Source of the DNA: Camelus dromedarius
Taxonomy: Eukaryota
Direction of reading: 5' to 3'
Length of the DNA: 64,000 bases
NCBI RefSeq assembly: GCF_036321535.1
Contig: NC_087436.1
Location: 46,564,001 to 46,628,000, forward strand
Shown here: positions 49,313 to 64,000 of the stretch, one piece after another
Numbering within the stretch: the first letter of the stretch is position 1
How the letters are laid out: each line of letters starts with the position of its first letter
Notes under the pieces: model-generated
Seen by the model: only the letters and a program-made list of their open reading frames with translations
What the model was told of the DNA's origin: nothing
The model's database searches: none
Translations under genes and position numbers: made by a program

Positions 49313-51599
49313 ATCTAGCATAGGAGCCACTGAGGGCTAGTCCATTCAGTCTAGTTCAGTGTTTCTCTCCAGCAACAGGAAACATTCATTGGCACACAGT
49401 GAGCATTTGATATATTTTGAATGAATGAACAAGTGCCTGGTGATGGGGGTAGGGGCTTAGTGCAGGTAATAGTTTTGGGGGTGGATTCAAAGCTTCCATT
49501 TTGGACTCATGAAGTCTGTGGTGTCTATGGGACCTCAAAGTCGAGATGGCAAGAAAGGAAGTGAATATGAGAATCTGGAACTGAGATGAAAGATCTGGGT
49601 GGAGTTATAAATTTGGCATCTTGATGGATTATAAATCCAAGAAAATCATTGTGGATTACCTCGGGAAAGAGTGCAGAGAAAAGAAAGAGCCTAGGATCCC
49701 TCCCTCAAAGATACCAACATTTAAATGTTGAGTGACAGAAGAGGAAAATCAGGAAAGGATGGTGGTGTCAAGAAATCGAAAGAGGAAGTGTCTCAAGGAG
49801 AAAGGAGTAGTCAACCCCGCTGAAAGTTCTGGTGGAGAAAAAAAAGAAAAAAAGAAAAAAACCAAGAAGACAGGAGCATTGAAGTCTTAACAATAATCCT
49901 GACTCACATTCCACAATCATGATCTCTTTTTAGCCCTACTTGTAATGCTCTGAGTTACAGAAAGATTGGTGTTTTTTTAAATTAAAAAATTAAAAAGTTT
50001 AAAGAAGGTTAGCCTCCAAAAGGTCAAGAAATCTAGCTAGTTTATGGGAGAACCAGATGGAGAACCCAAGGCTCTTAGTCCATTACTACTTAAAGAACAT
50101 ATTTTAAAGCACCGAGACTAACAAGTGACCATGGAGGTTTACTGAGGGAGCACGACTAACTGTGACTTCACCAACCCTAGGTGGTTTGAGAGTAGATGTA
50201 CCCTTGGCAACACCCTTCAAGTATGGAACTAGAACAAGATTACATGATTGGGATTTCTTGCAAGTTTCCTAAGTGTCTGCTGCCCTTCATTGATAACACC
50301 TAGAATTCTCACCACGCTGTTCCTCATAGAACTCCATTTCTTAACCTGTCTTAGGCAGTGTAATTCTACTACTCCTGCAGGACATTAATATTAATTAAGA
50401 ACAACTTTATTCAAGACAAAGGTCAGTTATAAACGTTTACCAAGTGCATTCATTCTTATGGGTAAATTAGACTTTCTCAGCTGCATTTTGAAACACAGAA
50501 AGAATGAAATGATCTAAATTCTATGGCTAAGTATTTGCATGACCTTGAATTAGACTTTACCTTTCCTGTGCCCAGTTGTTCTTACCTACAAAACAGAAGG
50601 GCTGAACCAGATGATCTCTAGTTATCAGAATAATGTACGATTTAATGCTATAGCTAATTAGGTTTCCTTCTGTCCACATATTTAATAACTTCAAATTTGA
50701 TCAGTGCGAAAAGATCATCCTAAAGGAAGCCAAGAAACCTAGGAACGAATTCCAAGTTCACCGCCAGGTAGATCTGTAATCACCGAACAGGGTATAATAT
50801 CCTCACTGTTCCCATATGTTAAAGGGGATGGCAACTCTCACGCTCATCTCCAGCAGGGTTGTTTTGAGGACTGAACCAGATACAGCAAGTGAATGTGTTG
50901 TACTCCGTACAGTTCCAGAGAAACGAGAAGTGCAATTATTGTTAAAGCAGATGTTCGAAACACAGTATACATTATCACTCCCAACAAATAGCAGGCTGAG
51001 TCCCTGTCATTTACCCTTAGGGCATGTGACTTGTTACTTTTGTTGACTAGATTATGGTATTGGAATTACACTCAACGTGAGAATGGAAACAAAAATCCTG
51101 ATATCTCCAGAGAGTGCCTATGTTTGAATGTTTACAAGAAAATAATGGACATACACACCAAAAGAAAGAAATTTTTAAAAGAAAAAGTGGGAAGGTGGGA
51201 ATTCACAGGCAGAGGAGGAAGAAAGGCCATGGCAAGGCAAACTTAGGAAAATAAAGGCGAGTTAGAAGAAGTAACAGGGATGGGGAGGGGAAGTGGGCAG
51301 CAGGGAAGAACCGGAGCCAGTTAGCCTGCGGGCGGCGGTGGGTGGCGAACGAGTGGCTAGCCCAGAGCCTCCCCAGGCAGGCAGCGGGCGGAGGAGGGGA
51401 GGAGGAGGGTGGGGCTTGGCGAAGGGCAAAGGCAGGGCTGGGGTTTAAAAGGAGGATGACCCTAGCTATTTGATGCAGCGGGTGACCTCCGACGCCCAGG
51501 GCGAGGGAACCCAACAAGGGAAAACTGGAGGAAAGGGCCGCCGCTGAGGCGCACGGACTGGAGAGGGGAGACCCCCGGAGCGCCCGGCACCCCGCCACC

Positions 51600-63651
<12,052 letters not shown>

Positions 63652-64000
63652 TAAAGTAGAAGCTCCCCCGCCCCCTGCTGCCCAACCCTTACCCTGGTCA
63701 TGCACAGCAGTGTGTCTTGCTATTCGTGGCAGATGAAGGAGGGTGGAAATGAATGTGTACATTTATATTATTACGTATTTTCACTTTTTAAAAAAACCTG
63801 CCTGTCTTTATTGTGCTCTGCACCACAAATGCTGGCAGTGTAGTCCTTCAGCTTTGTATCATGAAAATATATGAAACATTATTAATAAAAATTATTGGCT
63901 GTGGGTTAACAGTTATTTGCTTTATGCTGAATCATTTGACTTTGTGTATATTTCACTTATTACAATTTAATTTTTGAAGACTTTTGTTTGTCATTCAGAA

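Overview
Mammalian genomic DNA, most likely a camelid, judged from eight copies of a tRNA-derived SINE matching the camelid vic-1 type. Both genes are on the + strand. (1) The 3' end of COL25A1 (collagen XXV/CLAC-P): eight short phase-0 coding exons between 2489 and 17661, including a duplicated pair of alternative 'LDAPC(P/Q)L' exons. The terminal exon starts at 21498, supplies only the stop codon, and carries a ~5 kb 3'UTR. (2) About 25 kb of repeat-rich intergenic DNA (L1, L2, MIR, MaLR, hAT MITEs and an ERV LTR cluster). (3) The CpG-island promoter and coding exons 1-11 of ETNPPL (AGXT2L1, PLP-dependent ethanolamine-phosphate phospho-lyase; PLP lysine K278 intact); the last exons lie beyond the window. 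I see no evidence of a wholly new biological system. The best leads are the splicing architecture of the COL25A1 C-terminus, two local CpG/GC bursts over ancient repeats, an inverted pair of related LTRs upstream of ETNPPL, and a candidate intronic polyadenylation isoform of ETNPPL. Repeat family names and boundaries are by eye and approximate. Comparisons with human are from memory and need checking.
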